Below are positions 9,550 through 19,709 of a DNA stretch of 64,000 nt, in pieces. Within the stretch, counting starts at the first letter, position 1; each line of letters opens with the position of its first letter. The notes under the pieces were generated by a model. The model did not search any database. It saw only the letters and a list, made by a program, of their open reading frames with translations, and was not told where the DNA came from. The stretch comes from an uncultured Nitrospiraceae bacterium (lineage in GTDB: Bacteria > Nitrospirota > Thermodesulfovibrionia > Thermodesulfovibrionales > Dissulfurispiraceae), in NCBI GenBank assembly GCA_963705105.1, contig CAVPIW010000007.1, positions 192,001-256,000 of the forward strand, in the 5' to 3' direction. A program made the translations under genes and the position numbers.

Positions 9550-9654
9550 CGATACCACTGCCGGCACCCGGAACCGGACCAAAAAACACGCGAAAAACAA
9601 ATTCGCATTGGACTATTAGCATGGCAACCAGACAGATGAACCATCATACGCATT

Positions 9655-9803
9655 GTCATTCCGGCTTGTCCGGAATCCTTCTCATTTTCAGAAGGATTAC
9701 CGACGCCCCCGCATCAAGTGCGCGGTTGCGGCAATGACGGCGTTGCAAGCACTCAAATACCGGGTTAATAATAATACTGGATTCCCGCCTGCGCGGGAAT
9801 GAC
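9655..9803. repeat. REP-like palindromes of the GTCATTCC/GGAATGAC type
   Basis: GTCATTCCGGCTTGTCCGGAATC (9655), GCAATGAC (ending 9738), GATTCCCGCCTGCGCGGGAATGAC (9780). Confidence 0.7.
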
Positions 9804-9898
9804 GGACTATTGCTGTGCCGGGCTTTCTTCGAGGTTGTCAACGTGCAGAATAAAATCGTCGCGTCTCTTATTGAAGTTTCCCGGGCCGATACAACACA

Positions 9899-10633
9899 GT
9901 GAATGACGTAACACTCGACAGCATCCGCGACGTCAGGATCTATCAGAGAAAGGACGGCTACCGTTTTTCCGTCGACGCGCTTCTCCTCCACTCCTTTATC
10001 ACCCTGCCGAGGGCCCGCCGTATCGCCGATATCGGCGCAGGTTCGGGCATTATCGGCATCCTCCTGGCCCGCCGGTATCCTGCCGCATCGGTCGCCCTGA
10101 TCGAAATCCAGGATGGCCTTGCAGACCTTGCAGCGCGGAATGTGAGGCTCAACGCGCTGGAAGAGAGGGTATCCGTCGTCGTCATGGACGCGGGCACGCT
10201 CCTTCGCGATCAATCCCCATGCAGCGATTTGCAGCGGGGCGGCTTCGACGTCGTCGTCTGCAATCCTCCCTTCAGAAAACCGGACACGGGACTCCTCAGC
10301 AGGGGCGACGAAAGGGCGATCGCACGGCATGAGCTGAGACTCCCCCTGCCAAGCCTCTTCGGGGCTGCCGCCGCACTCCTGCGGCATCACGGGAGGTTCT
10401 TCATGATCCACCTGCCCGAGCGCCTTGCCGAGATCACGTCGGCCGTGAAAGCCCATAATCTCGAACCGAAAAGAATGCGCTTCGTCCACTCCCATCAGAA
10501 ATCAGAGGCAAAAATGGTCCTGATCGAACTGGTCAGGGGAGGCAGGAGCGGGCTGAAAGTCGAGCCTCCCCTGTTCATTTATGAAGAGGGGATCACGTAT
10601 AGCGACGAGATGCGGGAGATCTGCGGGGAATAA
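9899..10633 (+). CDS. tRNA1(Val) (adenine37-N6)-methyltransferase-like protein
   Basis: GYRFSVDALLL, DIGAGSG, NPPF, IARHE motifs. Confidence 0.85.
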   Translation: MNDVTLDSIRDVRIYQRKDGYRFSVDALLLHSFITLPRARRIADIGAGSGIIGILLARRYPAASVALIEIQDGLADLAARNVRLNALEERVSVVVMDAGTLLRDQSPCSDLQRGGFDVVVCNPPFRKPDTGLLSRGDERAIARHELRLPLPSLFGAAAALLRHHGRFFMIHLPERLAEITSAVKAHNLEPKRMRFVHSHQKSEAKMVLIELVRGGRSGLKVEPPLFIYEEGITYSDEMREICGE

Positions 10634-10829
10634 ACCTTATCGATCACCAGACCACCCTTTGCCGTGTCTATCGATGACAAAAGTCCGCCAGGGAACAGGC
10701 GCTGAACACCCGGAGAAGTCTCATCATCGCATTGGAAAGGCTTTGAGCCATATCTGCTTTCCCGGAGGCAGCGTCGCCTTCAGCAAGGCCTTGAGGCGCC
10801 TCGCCCCGCCTTTTCAGCAACTGAAAGGT
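10634..10829 (+). repeat. Dispersed modular element (5'-truncated core type)
   Basis: Partial core module plus right arm; highly similar to the copies at 11434 and 30536. Confidence 0.85.
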
Positions 10830-10912
10830 AAAGAGAAAAAGCAATGAGACTAAAAAGGGGAGGATGAATGACTCACCCTCCCCTTCGAACGGTCGGAAAG
10901 ATCTGTGTTGCC

Positions 10913-11293
10913 TTAGATCTTCTTCATCTCCACGCCGCAGGTGCATTTGCCGGGGTTCTGGCCGATGGTGTCGCACTTGCACTCGGGGGGACAGGCGCAG
11001 GCATACTTGCCGTTGGTCTTGAAGGCCCTTGCCTTCTCCCAGCCTTCGGCCTTCATGGTCGCCGTGCCTGCCTCGGCCTTGACGACCTTCGCCTTCACCA
11101 TTTCCTTGCCGCAGGTGCATTTGCCGGGGTTCTTTGAAAGACTGTCGCAGGGGCACTTCTCACCGCAATTGCAGGCATAAATCTCATCGCCCGCCTTCAG
11201 GTCCATCTTGCCCCTCGAACCGGCAAACGAGAACGCCACCATCGCCATCGTCAGCACAACGGCGATAACCACCAAAAAAGTCTTCTTCGCCAT
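10913..11293 (-). CDS. Exported Cys-rich putative metal-binding protein
   Basis: Signal peptide; two YACxC...CxC.....PGKCTCG.EM repeats; GGAGG RBS. Confidence 0.8.
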   Translation of the reverse strand: MAKKTFLVVIAVVLTMAMVAFSFAGSRGKMDLKAGDEIYACNCGEKCPCDSLSKNPGKCTCGKEMVKAKVVKAEAGTATMKAEGWEKARAFKTNGKYACACPPECKCDTIGQNPGKCTCGVEMKKI

Positions 11294-11433
11294 ACATTAC
11301 CTCCCTGATTTATTTACGACATGTTTATTATAATGAACAGGTTATTCCCCTGTCAAACGGGCCTTGCACAGGGGGAGAGGGAGTCAATAAGGGTGCTTGA
11401 CGGGTTGACTTTCGTCCATCCATCAAGTAAGTT

Positions 11434-11801
11434 ACCCTTATCGTGTGCAACACACGCCCGGGAAAGGCGGGGCGTATGCGCCACATAACACTAATTAGTA
11501 GACAGAATACAGTAGACAATAGACGGAAAGCGAAGACAGGAACCAGATGACAAATACATCGACGGGATGGCTGGTGTGGTGAAAAGCCTTTCCTCTAAGA
11601 TACCTTATTCATCCCCAGACCACCCTTTGCCGTGTCTGTCGATACCAAAAGCCCGTCAGGCAACAGGCGCTGAACACCTGGAGATGTCTCATCATCGCAT
11701 TGGAAAGGCTTTGAACCATATCTGCCTTCCCGGAGGAAGTATCGTCGCCTTCAGCAAGGCTTTGAGGCGCTTCGCCCCGCCTTTTCATGCAACGACAGGG
11801 G
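11434..11801 (+). repeat. Dispersed modular element (complete; 7-mer block + core)
   Basis: Left arm GAAAGGCGGGGCGTATGCGCC, AGTAGAC repeats, nested IR core 11563-11732, right arm GGCGCTTCGCCCCGCCTTTTCATGCAAC. Confidence 0.9.
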
Positions 11802-11810
11802 CACTTTAAT

Positions 11811-12797
11811 ATGTTGACCTATATTGCGAAACGCCTCCTCCTCATGATTCCCCTCATCTTCGGGATCACCCTGATCACCTTCGTCGTCATTCACCTCGCT
11901 CCGGGCGGGCCTGTCGAAGTCGAGACGGAGATGTCCCTCAAGGCGTCGGCCCAGGCGAGGGAAAACCTGAAGAAGCTCTACGGCCTCGACAAGCCTGTCC
12001 ACGAGCAGTACATCGACTGGATTTCCCGCTTCGTCCGCCTCGATTTCGGCGTCTCCTTCGTAGACGGGAAGGCCGTCGTCGCGAAGATCAGGGAACGGAT
12101 ACCCGTCACCCTGACGATCAACCTGCTGTCTCTCCTTCTCATCATGATCATCGCCATCCCCATCGGCGTCATCTCGTCGATCAGGCAATATTCCCTCTTC
12201 GACAAGATAACGACGGTCTTCGTCTTCGTCGGCTTTTCCACGCCCACGTTCTGGCTTGCCCTCCTGCTCATGATCGTCTTCGGCGTCACTCTCGGACTGC
12301 TTCCCATATCAGGCATCCAGAGCATCGACGTCTCGGGCATGACCTTCCCGCAGAGACTGGCCGACTGGGCGGCGCACCTCGTTTTGCCCCTCGGGCTGAG
12401 CGCCTTCGGGGGCATCGCCGGGCTCAGCAGGTACTGCCGGTCGAGCATGCTCGAGGTCATCCGCCAGGACTATATCAGGACGGCCCGTGCCAAGGGCCTT
12501 GCGGAAACGACGGTCGTCATCCGCCATGCCCTGAGAAATGCCCTGATGCCCGTCGTGACCATCCTCGGCCTTGCCGTGCCGGGACTCATCGGCGGCAGCG
12601 TCATCTTCGAAACCATTTTCGCCATTCCCGGCATGGGCCAGCTCTTCTACGCATCGGCCATGTCGAGGGACTACCCGACGATCATGGGCATACTCGTCAT
12701 CGGCGCTGTTCTTACCCTGATCGGCAACCTCATCGCCGATGTATCGTACGCACTGGTCGATCCGAGGATACGCCGCGAGGCCCCCGGAAAAGAGTAG
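11811..12797 (+). CDS. ABC peptide/nickel transporter permease (OppB/DppB family)
   Basis: [32 protein letters not shown] motifs. Confidence 0.93.
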   Translation: MLTYIAKRLLLMIPLIFGITLITFVVIHLAPGGPVEVETEMSLKASAQARENLKKLYGLDKPVHEQYIDWISRFVRLDFGVSFVDGKAVVAKIRERIPVTLTINLLSLLLIMIIAIPIGVISSIRQYSLFDKITTVFVFVGFSTPTFWLALLLMIVFGVTLGLLPISGIQSIDVSGMTFPQRLADWAAHLVLPLGLSAFGGIAGLSRYCRSSMLEVIRQDYIRTARAKGLAETTVVIRHALRNALMPVVTILGLAVPGLIGGSVIFETIFAIPGMGQLFYASAMSRDYPTIMGILVIGAVLTLIGNLIADVSYALVDPRIRREAPGKE

Positions 12798-12874
12798 ACA
12801 CCCGACCGATGGTATCAAAAATAATGTGCCACGAGGATAGGGTATGATTTTTTCAAGATCTCGCTGCAACGTCG

Positions 12875-13063
12875 ACCTTATCATTGCATACGCCCGACCT
12901 GAAGGCGGGGTGCATGCGCCGAAAACCTTCGGTACTGCGAAACCTCTGCCTTCCCGTACAGACCATTTCAGGCTGACGATCGAACAAATTAACCTTTTAC
13001 GGACACTCACACTGACACTACACTTTTTTTCAGAGCGCTTCGCTCCGCCTTTTCACACGCAAG
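12875..13063 (+). repeat. Dispersed modular element (6-mer type)
   Basis: Same arms; ACACTC/ACACTG block; interior matches the reverse complement of 52858-53050. Confidence 0.85.
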
Positions 13064-13083
13064 AATAACAACCAGGAGGTATC

Positions 13084-13338
13084 ATGAAAAATAACAGGTC
13101 GCTTGTGACAATGCTCGTCGGGGCTCTTCTTATCGCCCTGCTGCTCTGTGGCTGTTCGGGGAACAAGGCCGCCGAGCTCTTCGAGACGGCGAAATTCGAG
13201 GAGCTGCAGAACAACAGGCAGCACGCGATCGAGCTCTATGAGGAGATCGTCAAGAAGTATCCCGAGAGCGACCAGGCGAAAAAAGCCAAAGAGCGGCTCA
13301 CCCAGCTCAAGGGAGACAAGCAGGGCGCAACGCCTTAG
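13084..13338 (+). CDS. Small TPR-like lipoprotein
   Basis: Lipobox LCGC; A.ELYEEIVKKYPES..A motif; AGGAGG RBS. Confidence 0.8.
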   Translation: MKNNRSLVTMLVGALLIALLLCGCSGNKAAELFETAKFEELQNNRQHAIELYEEIVKKYPESDQAKKAKERLTQLKGDKQGATP

Positions 13339-13362
13339 GACTCGGGGGGAGGTCGGCGACAA

Positions 13363-14205
13363 ATGCTGCGCATCATCTGGACACGATTCAGGAGGAACCG
13401 CCTCTCCGTCACGGGGCTCGTCGTCATCGTCCTTCTCGCCTGCATCGCCGTGCTCGCTCCCCTCATCGCCCCCTTCACGCCCACGGAGATCGACGTCTAC
13501 AATGCCCTTTCACCGCCGAACTTCTCCCATCCCTTCGGGACGGACGAGCTGGGCAGGGACGTGCTCTCGCGCATGATCTGGGGAAGCAGGGTTTCCCTCA
13601 GGGTGGGGTTCTTCGCCGTGGGCATCGCCATTCTGACGGGAACATTCGTGGGGTCTCTCGCAGGTTTTTACGGCGGCAGGATCGACGCCCTTCTTATGAG
13701 GTTCGTCGACATCATGCTCGCCTTCCCCACGTTCTTCCTTATCCTTGCCGTCATCGCCATCCTCGAACCGAGCATATCGACGATCATGATCGTCATCGGC
13801 CTGACGGGATGGATGGATGTGGCGCGCCTTGTGAGGGCCGAGTTCCTGACCCTCAAGGAACGGGACTTCGTGGCGGCGGCCCGCGCCGTCGGCGCGACGG
13901 ACAGCCGGATCATCGTGCGGCACATCATGCCCAATGCCCTCTCGCCCGTCTTCGTCGCCGCCACCTTCGGCGTTGCAGGGGCCATCCTGACCGAGTCGGG
14001 CCTCTCCTTTCTCGGCCTCGGCGTCCAGCCGCCCGACCCGAGCTGGGGGAACATCCTGACCTCGGGCAAGGACAACATCATCGTCGCCTGGTGGCTCTCC
14101 CTCTTTCCGGGACTTGCGATCCTCGTGACGGTCCTGAGCTACAACCTCGTCGGCGAGGGGCTGCGGGACGCCCTCGACCCGAGGCTCTGGACGAGCGACT
14201 CCTGA
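13363..14205 (+). CDS. ABC peptide transporter permease (OppC/DppC family)
   Basis: HPFGTDELGRD, ESGLSFLGLG, GEGLRDALDP motifs. Confidence 0.93.
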   Translation: MLRIIWTRFRRNRLSVTGLVVIVLLACIAVLAPLIAPFTPTEIDVYNALSPPNFSHPFGTDELGRDVLSRMIWGSRVSLRVGFFAVGIAILTGTFVGSLAGFYGGRIDALLMRFVDIMLAFPTFFLILAVIAILEPSISTIMIVIGLTGWMDVARLVRAEFLTLKERDFVAAARAVGATDSRIIVRHIMPNALSPVFVAATFGVAGAILTESGLSFLGLGVQPPDPSWGNILTSGKDNIIVAWWLSLFPGLAILVTVLSYNLVGEGLRDALDPRLWTSDS

Positions 14206-14210
14206 CGGTC

Positions 14211-17141
14211 ATGACGGGACTGAACGGGAACGACCAGGGGCATTGCGATGTCTCGCCCTTCAGAGAGCATATCGAGCGCTGCCCCGACCCTGAGAGGGCT
14301 CTGAAAAATATCGAGACCTTCCTCATGACCCACCCGGGCCTGAGGGGACAGTTCGCGGCCCATGCAGGGCAGATCGCCCTGCTCTTCAGCGTGAGTCAGT
14401 TCCTTGCGACCTTCAGCACCAGGAATCCCGAGGTTCTCTTCACGGCCCTGCGAAACCTGAACAGGGTGCAGGGACGCGAGGACTTCCGGGACGAACTGAG
14501 GACATCCCTGGCTTTCTGCAACTCTCTCAGGGACGGCGTCAAGACCGTCCGTCTCTTCAAGAAAAAACACCTCCTCGTCATAACGCTGCGGGACATCCTG
14601 AAAAAGGGGGACCCCCAGGAAACGATGCTCGAACTGTCGGACCTCGCCGATGCCGTCATCGCCGAGTCCCTTCCCTTTGTCGAATCCTTCCTGAGGCAGC
14701 GGTTCGGCACGCCGGTGAACAACGGCGTCGTCATCATCGGTCTCGGAAAGCTGGGCGCGAGGGAGATCAACTACAGCTCGGACATCGACATCATCGTCGT
14801 TTACAGGGACGAGGGAGAAACATCGGGGGTCACGACACCCCAGGGCGCGTCGATGAACAGGATTTCGGCTTTTGAGTATTACGTCAAGGTAACGGAGGAG
14901 CTGAACCGTTTCCTCTCGTCGAATACGGAGGATGGTTTCGCGTACCGCGTGGACCTCCGTCTCAGGCCGCAGGGCCAGAGGGGAAGCCTCGCCATATCCC
15001 TGAGGGGATGCGAGGAGTATTACGAATCGTGGGGGCAGCTCTGGGAGCGGGCGGCGCTGATCAGAAGCCGGCCCGTCGCGGGCGATATACCGCTGGGACG
15101 GGAGTTTCTCGAATCGGTGAGGCCCTTCGTCTACCGAAAGTACCTCGACTTCGACGCCATCGAGGAGATCCGCAGAATGAAAGGTCAGGTCGAAAACCTG
15201 AAACCCGGCACCGTCAGCCTTGACATCAAGAGGGGCTACGGCGGCATCCGCGAGATCGAATTCTTCATCCAGGTGTTTCAGCTGATCTATGGCGGGCGGG
15301 TGCCGCTCCTCAGGGAACGGAGCACCCTCATGGCGCTCCACCGGCTCATGGAAAAGCGGCTGATCGGGCATGACGACTTTCAGCAGATCTTGGTCAATTA
15401 TGTCTACCTCCGCACTCTGGAGCATCGCCTCCAGCAGTTGAACGACGTGCAGACCCATACCCTCCCCACGCAGGCGGCGGACCTGGACATCCTTGGCCGC
15501 AAGATGGGGTTTCCGGGCAGGGAGGAATTTCTGTCAGACCTCGACCGGAGGAGAGGAAAGGTACGGGAGATCTACGACTCGCTGCTCGAGGTCGGCCAGG
15601 GGAAAAAGGCTGCCGGAGAGGGCAAACCCGATGCGGGGACCATCCTGAGCAGTGTCTTCTGGGACATGGAAATGCCGATCGAGCATCTCCTGAAGGAGGA
15701 GCTCTCCAAAGCCGGCGCCAGGGACATCGCCCGGTCGACGCGCTGCCTCATGAAAATCAAGGCGAACATGACGTCCTTTCAGACCATCAGGGGAAGGAGG
15801 CTCCTCGAAAACATCGTCCCGAGATTCGTCGACGATGCGCTGCGCGGGGCCGATCCCGACCTCGCTCTCCTGCAGCTCGTCGACTTCACGTCGATCCTCT
15901 CTTCGAAGGAAGCCTATCTGGAAGCCATCTTCGACAGGGACCAGCTGATTCCCATCCTGAACTTCGTCTTTTCCAACAGCGAGTACCTGTCGAAGATGCT
16001 CATGAGCAGTCCCGAGTACATCGAATCTCTCGTCGAGGGGATCGTCAGGAAGAAGACGGCCCGGGCGATGGCAGGAGAAGCGCAGGTCCTTATCGACCGC
16101 TACGGGGACTCGAAGGCGATCCGCTTTTACCGGAGGATGGAAGAGATGCGGCTGGGCATGCTCTTTCTGGACAGGAAAATCTCCGTCCGGGAGCTTCTCA
16201 GGGCGCTGAGCATGCTCGCCGAGGTGATCCTCGGCGCCCTGCTGTCCGGAGAGGGCCTGCTGAAGTCACCGTCCCCTCCTGCCGCCCTGACAGTCATCGG
16301 CTTCGGGAAACTGGGCGGCCGTGAGATCACCTTCAATTCCGACCTCGACATCACCTTTGTCACCGCCGGCTCTCCGGCGGCATCGGACGTGAAGACAGCG
16401 GAGACCCTCCTCAAGATGCTCATGTCCTATACGAAAGACGGCATCGCCTACCAGGTCGACACCCGGTTGAGACCCGAGGGCAGCAAGGGGCCGCTCGTCA
16501 ATTCCCTTGCCGGAGTTTCGGAGTATTACCTGAAATCGGCCAAGGGCTGGGAAATCCAGGCTCTGCTGAAGGCCCGGACCGTTTTCGGCTCCATGAGCAT
16601 GAGGCGGCTCTTCTCGGAGATGCGGACCGATGTCCTCCTCAGCCGCTCCGCGGAGATCACCTTTGCCGAAATGCAGCACATGCGCGAACGGATCCAGCGG
16701 GAGCTTTCGCGGGAGAGACCGGGACAACAGGGATCGGGGAGTCCGGCAGGAATGCAGGAATCACAGCAGGGAGGCAGTTACGACATCAAGCTCGGTCCCG
16801 GAGGGCTCGGAGAGCTCGAATTCTCGGTCCAGTTCCTGCAGCTGAAGCACTGCCGCGAGCACGCGGACGTGCTCGCCCAGGGCACAATCGACGCTGTCCG
16901 CCGTCTGCACAGGGCGGGCGTTCTCGACGACGGGACGATGCGTGAAATTTCAGAGGTCTATGCATTTTACAGGACGATCGAAACCATCCTGAGACTGCGC
17001 AACGAGACACATCTTAAAGTGGAGAGCAGCGCTTTTCAGAGTCTCCTTCACATCACCGGAATGGATGCCGATCATTTCCTCCGGTACCTCAACGAAAAGA
17101 GACGGTGGACCGGCGACTTCTGGAATTCCCTGTCAGGCTGA
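14211..17141 (+). CDS. glnE: Glutamine synthetase adenylyltransferase/adenylyl-removing enzyme
   Basis: Two GKLGxxE..xxSDxD and DxRLRP.G domains; DIKxGxGG.xEIEF. Confidence 0.93.
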   Translation: MTGLNGNDQGHCDVSPFREHIERCPDPERALKNIETFLMTHPGLRGQFAAHAGQIALLFSVSQFLATFSTRNPEVLFTALRNLNRVQGREDFRDELRTSLAFCNSLRDGVKTVRLFKKKHLLVITLRDILKKGDPQETMLELSDLADAVIAESLPFVESFLRQRFGTPVNNGVVIIGLGKLGAREINYSSDIDIIVVYRDEGETSGVTTPQGASMNRISAFEYYVKVTEELNRFLSSNTEDGFAYRVDLRLRPQGQRGSLAISLRGCEEYYESWGQLWERAALIRSRPVAGDIPLGREFLESVRPFVYRKYLDFDAIEEIRRMKGQVENLKPGTVSLDIKRGYGGIREIEFFIQVFQLIYGGRVPLLRERSTLMALHRLMEKRLIGHDDFQQILVNYVYLRTLEHRLQQLNDVQTHTLPTQAADLDILGRKMGFPGREEFLSDLDRRRGKVREIYDSLLEVGQGKKAAGEGKPDAGTILSSVFWDMEMPIEHLLKEELSKAGARDIARSTRCLMKIKANMTSFQTIRGRRLLENIVPRFVDDALRGADPDLALLQLVDFTSILSSKEAYLEAIFDRDQLIPILNFVFSNSEYLSKMLMSSPEYIESLVEGIVRKKTARAMAGEAQVLIDRYGDSKAIRFYRRMEEMRLGMLFLDRKISVRELLRALSMLAEVILGALLSGEGLLKSPSPPAALTVIGFGKLGGREITFNSDLDITFVTAGSPAASDVKTAETLLKMLMSYTKDGIAYQVDTRLRPEGSKGPLVNSLAGVSEYYLKSAKGWEIQALLKARTVFGSMSMRRLFSEMRTDVLLSRSAEITFAEMQHMRERIQRELSRERPGQQGSGSPAGMQESQQGGSYDIKLGPGGLGELEFSVQFLQLKHCREHADVLAQGTIDAVRRLHRAGVLDDGTMREISEVYAFYRTIETILRLRNETHLKVESSAFQSLLHITGMDADHFLRYLNEKRRWTGDFWNSLSG

Positions 17142-17162
17142 CCTATTTTGATAACCAGTGCG

Positions 17163-17435
17163 TGCACCTTCCGGAAGGCGGGCCGACGCGTCTCAAATCC
17201 TTGCTGATATCGACGCTGTCTTCGGGAAGGCAGATATGGTTCAAAGCCTTTCCAATGCGATGATGAGACATCTCCAGGTGTTCAGCGCCAGTTGCCTGAC
17301 GGGCACTTGGCATTGATAGACACGGCAAAGTGTGGTCTGGTGATAAACAAGGTATCTTAGAGGAAAGGCTTTTCACCACATCAGCCTTCCCGGTCGGCTG
17401 TTCGGGGCCTTCTTCCGACTACTGACGACTGTCTC
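17163..17435 (-). repeat. Dispersed modular element (core type, inverted, left arm lost)
   Basis: Reverse complement of core and right arm; abuts the next copy. Confidence 0.85.
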
Positions 17436-17436
17436 T

Positions 17437-17649
17437 ACCTTATCGTTGCAATACACTCCCGGAAAGGCGGGGTGTATGTGCCGAAAACCTTGCTGCGGCG
17501 ACACCTGCATCAAGACGAAAGACAAACTATACGCAAATGGTCGATGACACAAAGAGTGGAATCCTGAAACACGAAGATGACAATGATCATCGTCGCCTTC
17601 AGCAAGGCTTTGAGGCTCTTCGCCCCGCCTTTTCATGCAACTGTAGGGT
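17437..17649 (+). repeat. Dispersed modular element (long-arm type)
   Basis: Arms extended by AAAACCTTGCTGCGGCGAC / GTCGCCTTCAGCAAGGCTTT; very similar to 59699-59912. Confidence 0.9.
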
Positions 17650-17771
17650 CTATACTTTGCGCTCCTTGCGGCTTTGCGTGCGTGAGTCAAAAATACTGCC
17701 GGGCTCACATCAATGCTAAAATGAAGATATAAGCCGCATGCCCCAAGTATCCGTGCCCGGGAGGTTGAACG

Positions 17772-19709
17772 ATGTCGAACAGACTGAAAGACGCAAGAAG
17801 CCCTTACCTGAGAAAGGCCGCCGATCAGCCCGTTGACTGGCATGAGTGGGGAGACGAGGCCTTCGAGAAGGCCCGCAGGGAGGACAGGCCCATATTCCTT
17901 TCCATCGGGGGCGTCTGGTGCCACTGGTGCCACGTCATGGCCCATGAGAGCTTTGACAACGAGGAGATCGCCGGTATTCTGAATAGTCATTTCGTTCCCG
18001 TCAAGGTCGACCGCGACGAGAGGCCCGACATCGACCGCCGGTACCAGGATGTCGTCCTGAGCATTGCCGGAAGCGGGGGATGGCCCCTCACGGTCTTTCT
18101 CACTCCCGAGGGAAAGGCCTTCTTCGGCGGCACCTATTTCCCTCCTGATGACAAGTGGGGGAAGGCAGGCCTGAAGCAGCTCCTGGGGAAGATCATCGAC
18201 CTGTACAGCCAGAAAAGAGAGGAGATCTTCGGCCTCGCCGAAAACCTCTATCGCCAGAGCCTCTCCTTCTCCTCCCAGGACATGAAATCGGACGTCGACG
18301 AGGGACTCATCGAAAAGGCGGTGGGGAAATGCCTGTCCTCCGTCGATTACGACCACGGGGGTTTCGGGTCGGCGCCGAAGTTCCACCACGCCATGGCATA
18401 CGAATTCCTTCTCAATTACAATTATTTCGCGAAGGATGAGAGGATCGCACGTGCCGTCGGCGTTTCCCTCGACGGCATGGTCCGGGGAGGCATTTACGAC
18501 CACCTTGCCGGCGCCTTCTTCCGCTATTCGACGGACGAGAAGTGGATCGTCCCCCACTTCGAGAAGATGCTCGCCGACAATGCGGAACTGCTGAAGGTAT
18601 ACTCCATCGCCTATCAGGTCACGGGGAACGAGCTCTACCGGTACGCCGCCGAAGGCATCGTCGATTATTACAGGCAGTTCGGCATGGATGACAAGGGCGG
18701 TTTCGCTGCGTCACAGGATGCCGATATCGGCGTCCTTGACGAGGGAGGCTACTATACCTTCAGTCTCAACGAAGTGAAGCCGCTCCTGACGGGCGCGGAA
18801 CTGGAGGTGATGCGCCTCCACCTCGATATCGACGAACAGGGTGAAATGCATCACGATACCTCGAAAAACGTCCTGTACATGCGCCGCAGCGCCGAAGAAG
18901 TCTCCGCGAAGCTGCAGGTGCCCGTCAAAACCGTCGGGGACCTCATCTCTTCGGCGAAGGATAAGCTGAGAAAGTACAGGGAAGAGCGCGAGATGCCTTA
19001 CATCGACAGCACAATCTACACGAACTGGAACAGCCTCATGATCGAGGCTCTCTGCAGGGCCGGCATCGTCTTCGGCACGAGCGAATACCACGATATGGCC
19101 CGGAAAACGGCCGATCTGCTCCTGAGGGAATTCTACAAAGACGGCGCCGTCCTGCACTGTGAGGGCGTCGAGGGACTATCAGAGGATTACATCTTTTTCG
19201 CCAAAGGGCTCCTGGCACTCTTCGAGGTGACCCAGGACGCGACATATCTCGACGTTTCGGTGCGCCTGATCGACAGGGCCATCGAGCTTTTCTGGGATGG
19301 AGACAACTGGGGGTTCTTCGATACAACCAGGAGGGACAGGGGCTACCTGACGATCCCGATCAGGAATATCCAGGACACGCCGAACGAGTCCGTCAACGGC
19401 ATCGCCCCGCTCATTCTCCTCACCGTCGGGACACTGACGGGCGACATGACGTACATCGATTACGCGGGAAAGAACCTGCAGGCATTCTCGCAGCTCACGG
19501 CTGAATACCCCACCGCCACCCACTCCTATTTCGTCAGCCTCCTCGCATACCTCAGGGGCATGTACAAAGTCGAGACGTCGCGCTTCTTCGACGAGGCGCT
19601 CAGGGACTTCAGGCCCTACAAATTCGTCCTGCGGAAAGACGTCCCCGGCGTCGTTGTCTGCGAGAAAGACACCTGCAGGACCTTCGAATCCTATCCTGGC
19701 AAACCTTAG
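17772..19709 (+). CDS. Thioredoxin-domain protein, YyaL/SSP411 family
   Basis: SPYL, WCHWCHVMAHESF, KVDRDERPD, GGWPL, PHFEKML motifs. Confidence 0.93.
   Translation: MSNRLKDARSPYLRKAADQPVDWHEWGDEAFEKARREDRPIFLSIGGVWCHWCHVMAHESFDNEEIAGILNSHFVPVKVDRDERPDIDRRYQDVVLSIAGSGGWPLTVFLTPEGKAFFGGTYFPPDDKWGKAGLKQLLGKIIDLYSQKREEIFGLAENLYRQSLSFSSQDMKSDVDEGLIEKAVGKCLSSVDYDHGGFGSAPKFHHAMAYEFLLNYNYFAKDERIARAVGVSLDGMVRGGIYDHLAGAFFRYSTDEKWIVPHFEKMLADNAELLKVYSIAYQVTGNELYRYAAEGIVDYYRQFGMDDKGGFAASQDADIGVLDEGGYYTFSLNEVKPLLTGAELEVMRLHLDIDEQGEMHHDTSKNVLYMRRSAEEVSAKLQVPVKTVGDLISSAKDKLRKYREEREMPYIDSTIYTNWNSLMIEALCRAGIVFGTSEYHDMARKTADLLLREFYKDGAVLHCEGVEGLSEDYIFFAKGLLALFEVTQDATYLDVSVRLIDRAIELFWDGDNWGFFDTTRRDRGYLTIPIRNIQDTPNESVNGIAPLILLTVGTLTGDMTYIDYAGKNLQAFSQLTAEYPTATHSYFVSLLAYLRGMYKVETSRFFDEALRDFRPYKFVLRKDVPGVVVCEKDTCRTFESYPGKP

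Noticed and set aside
8638..9600. Long antisense ORFs over ispG, glnE, RHS, trp and other genes
   Set aside because: Expected shadows of GC-rich coding sequence
11567..11809. Recurrent small ORF in the element core (…PDHPLPCLS…SHHRIGKALNHICLP…), also at 10581, 17143, 19786 and 30769
   Set aside because: Starts are inconsistent, two copies are frameshifted and many changes alter amino acids; best read as translation of a non-coding repeat
17437..17649. Dispersed elements as attC sites
   Set aside because: The order is GTT...AAC rather than AAC...GTT, and they separate housekeeping genes, not cassettes
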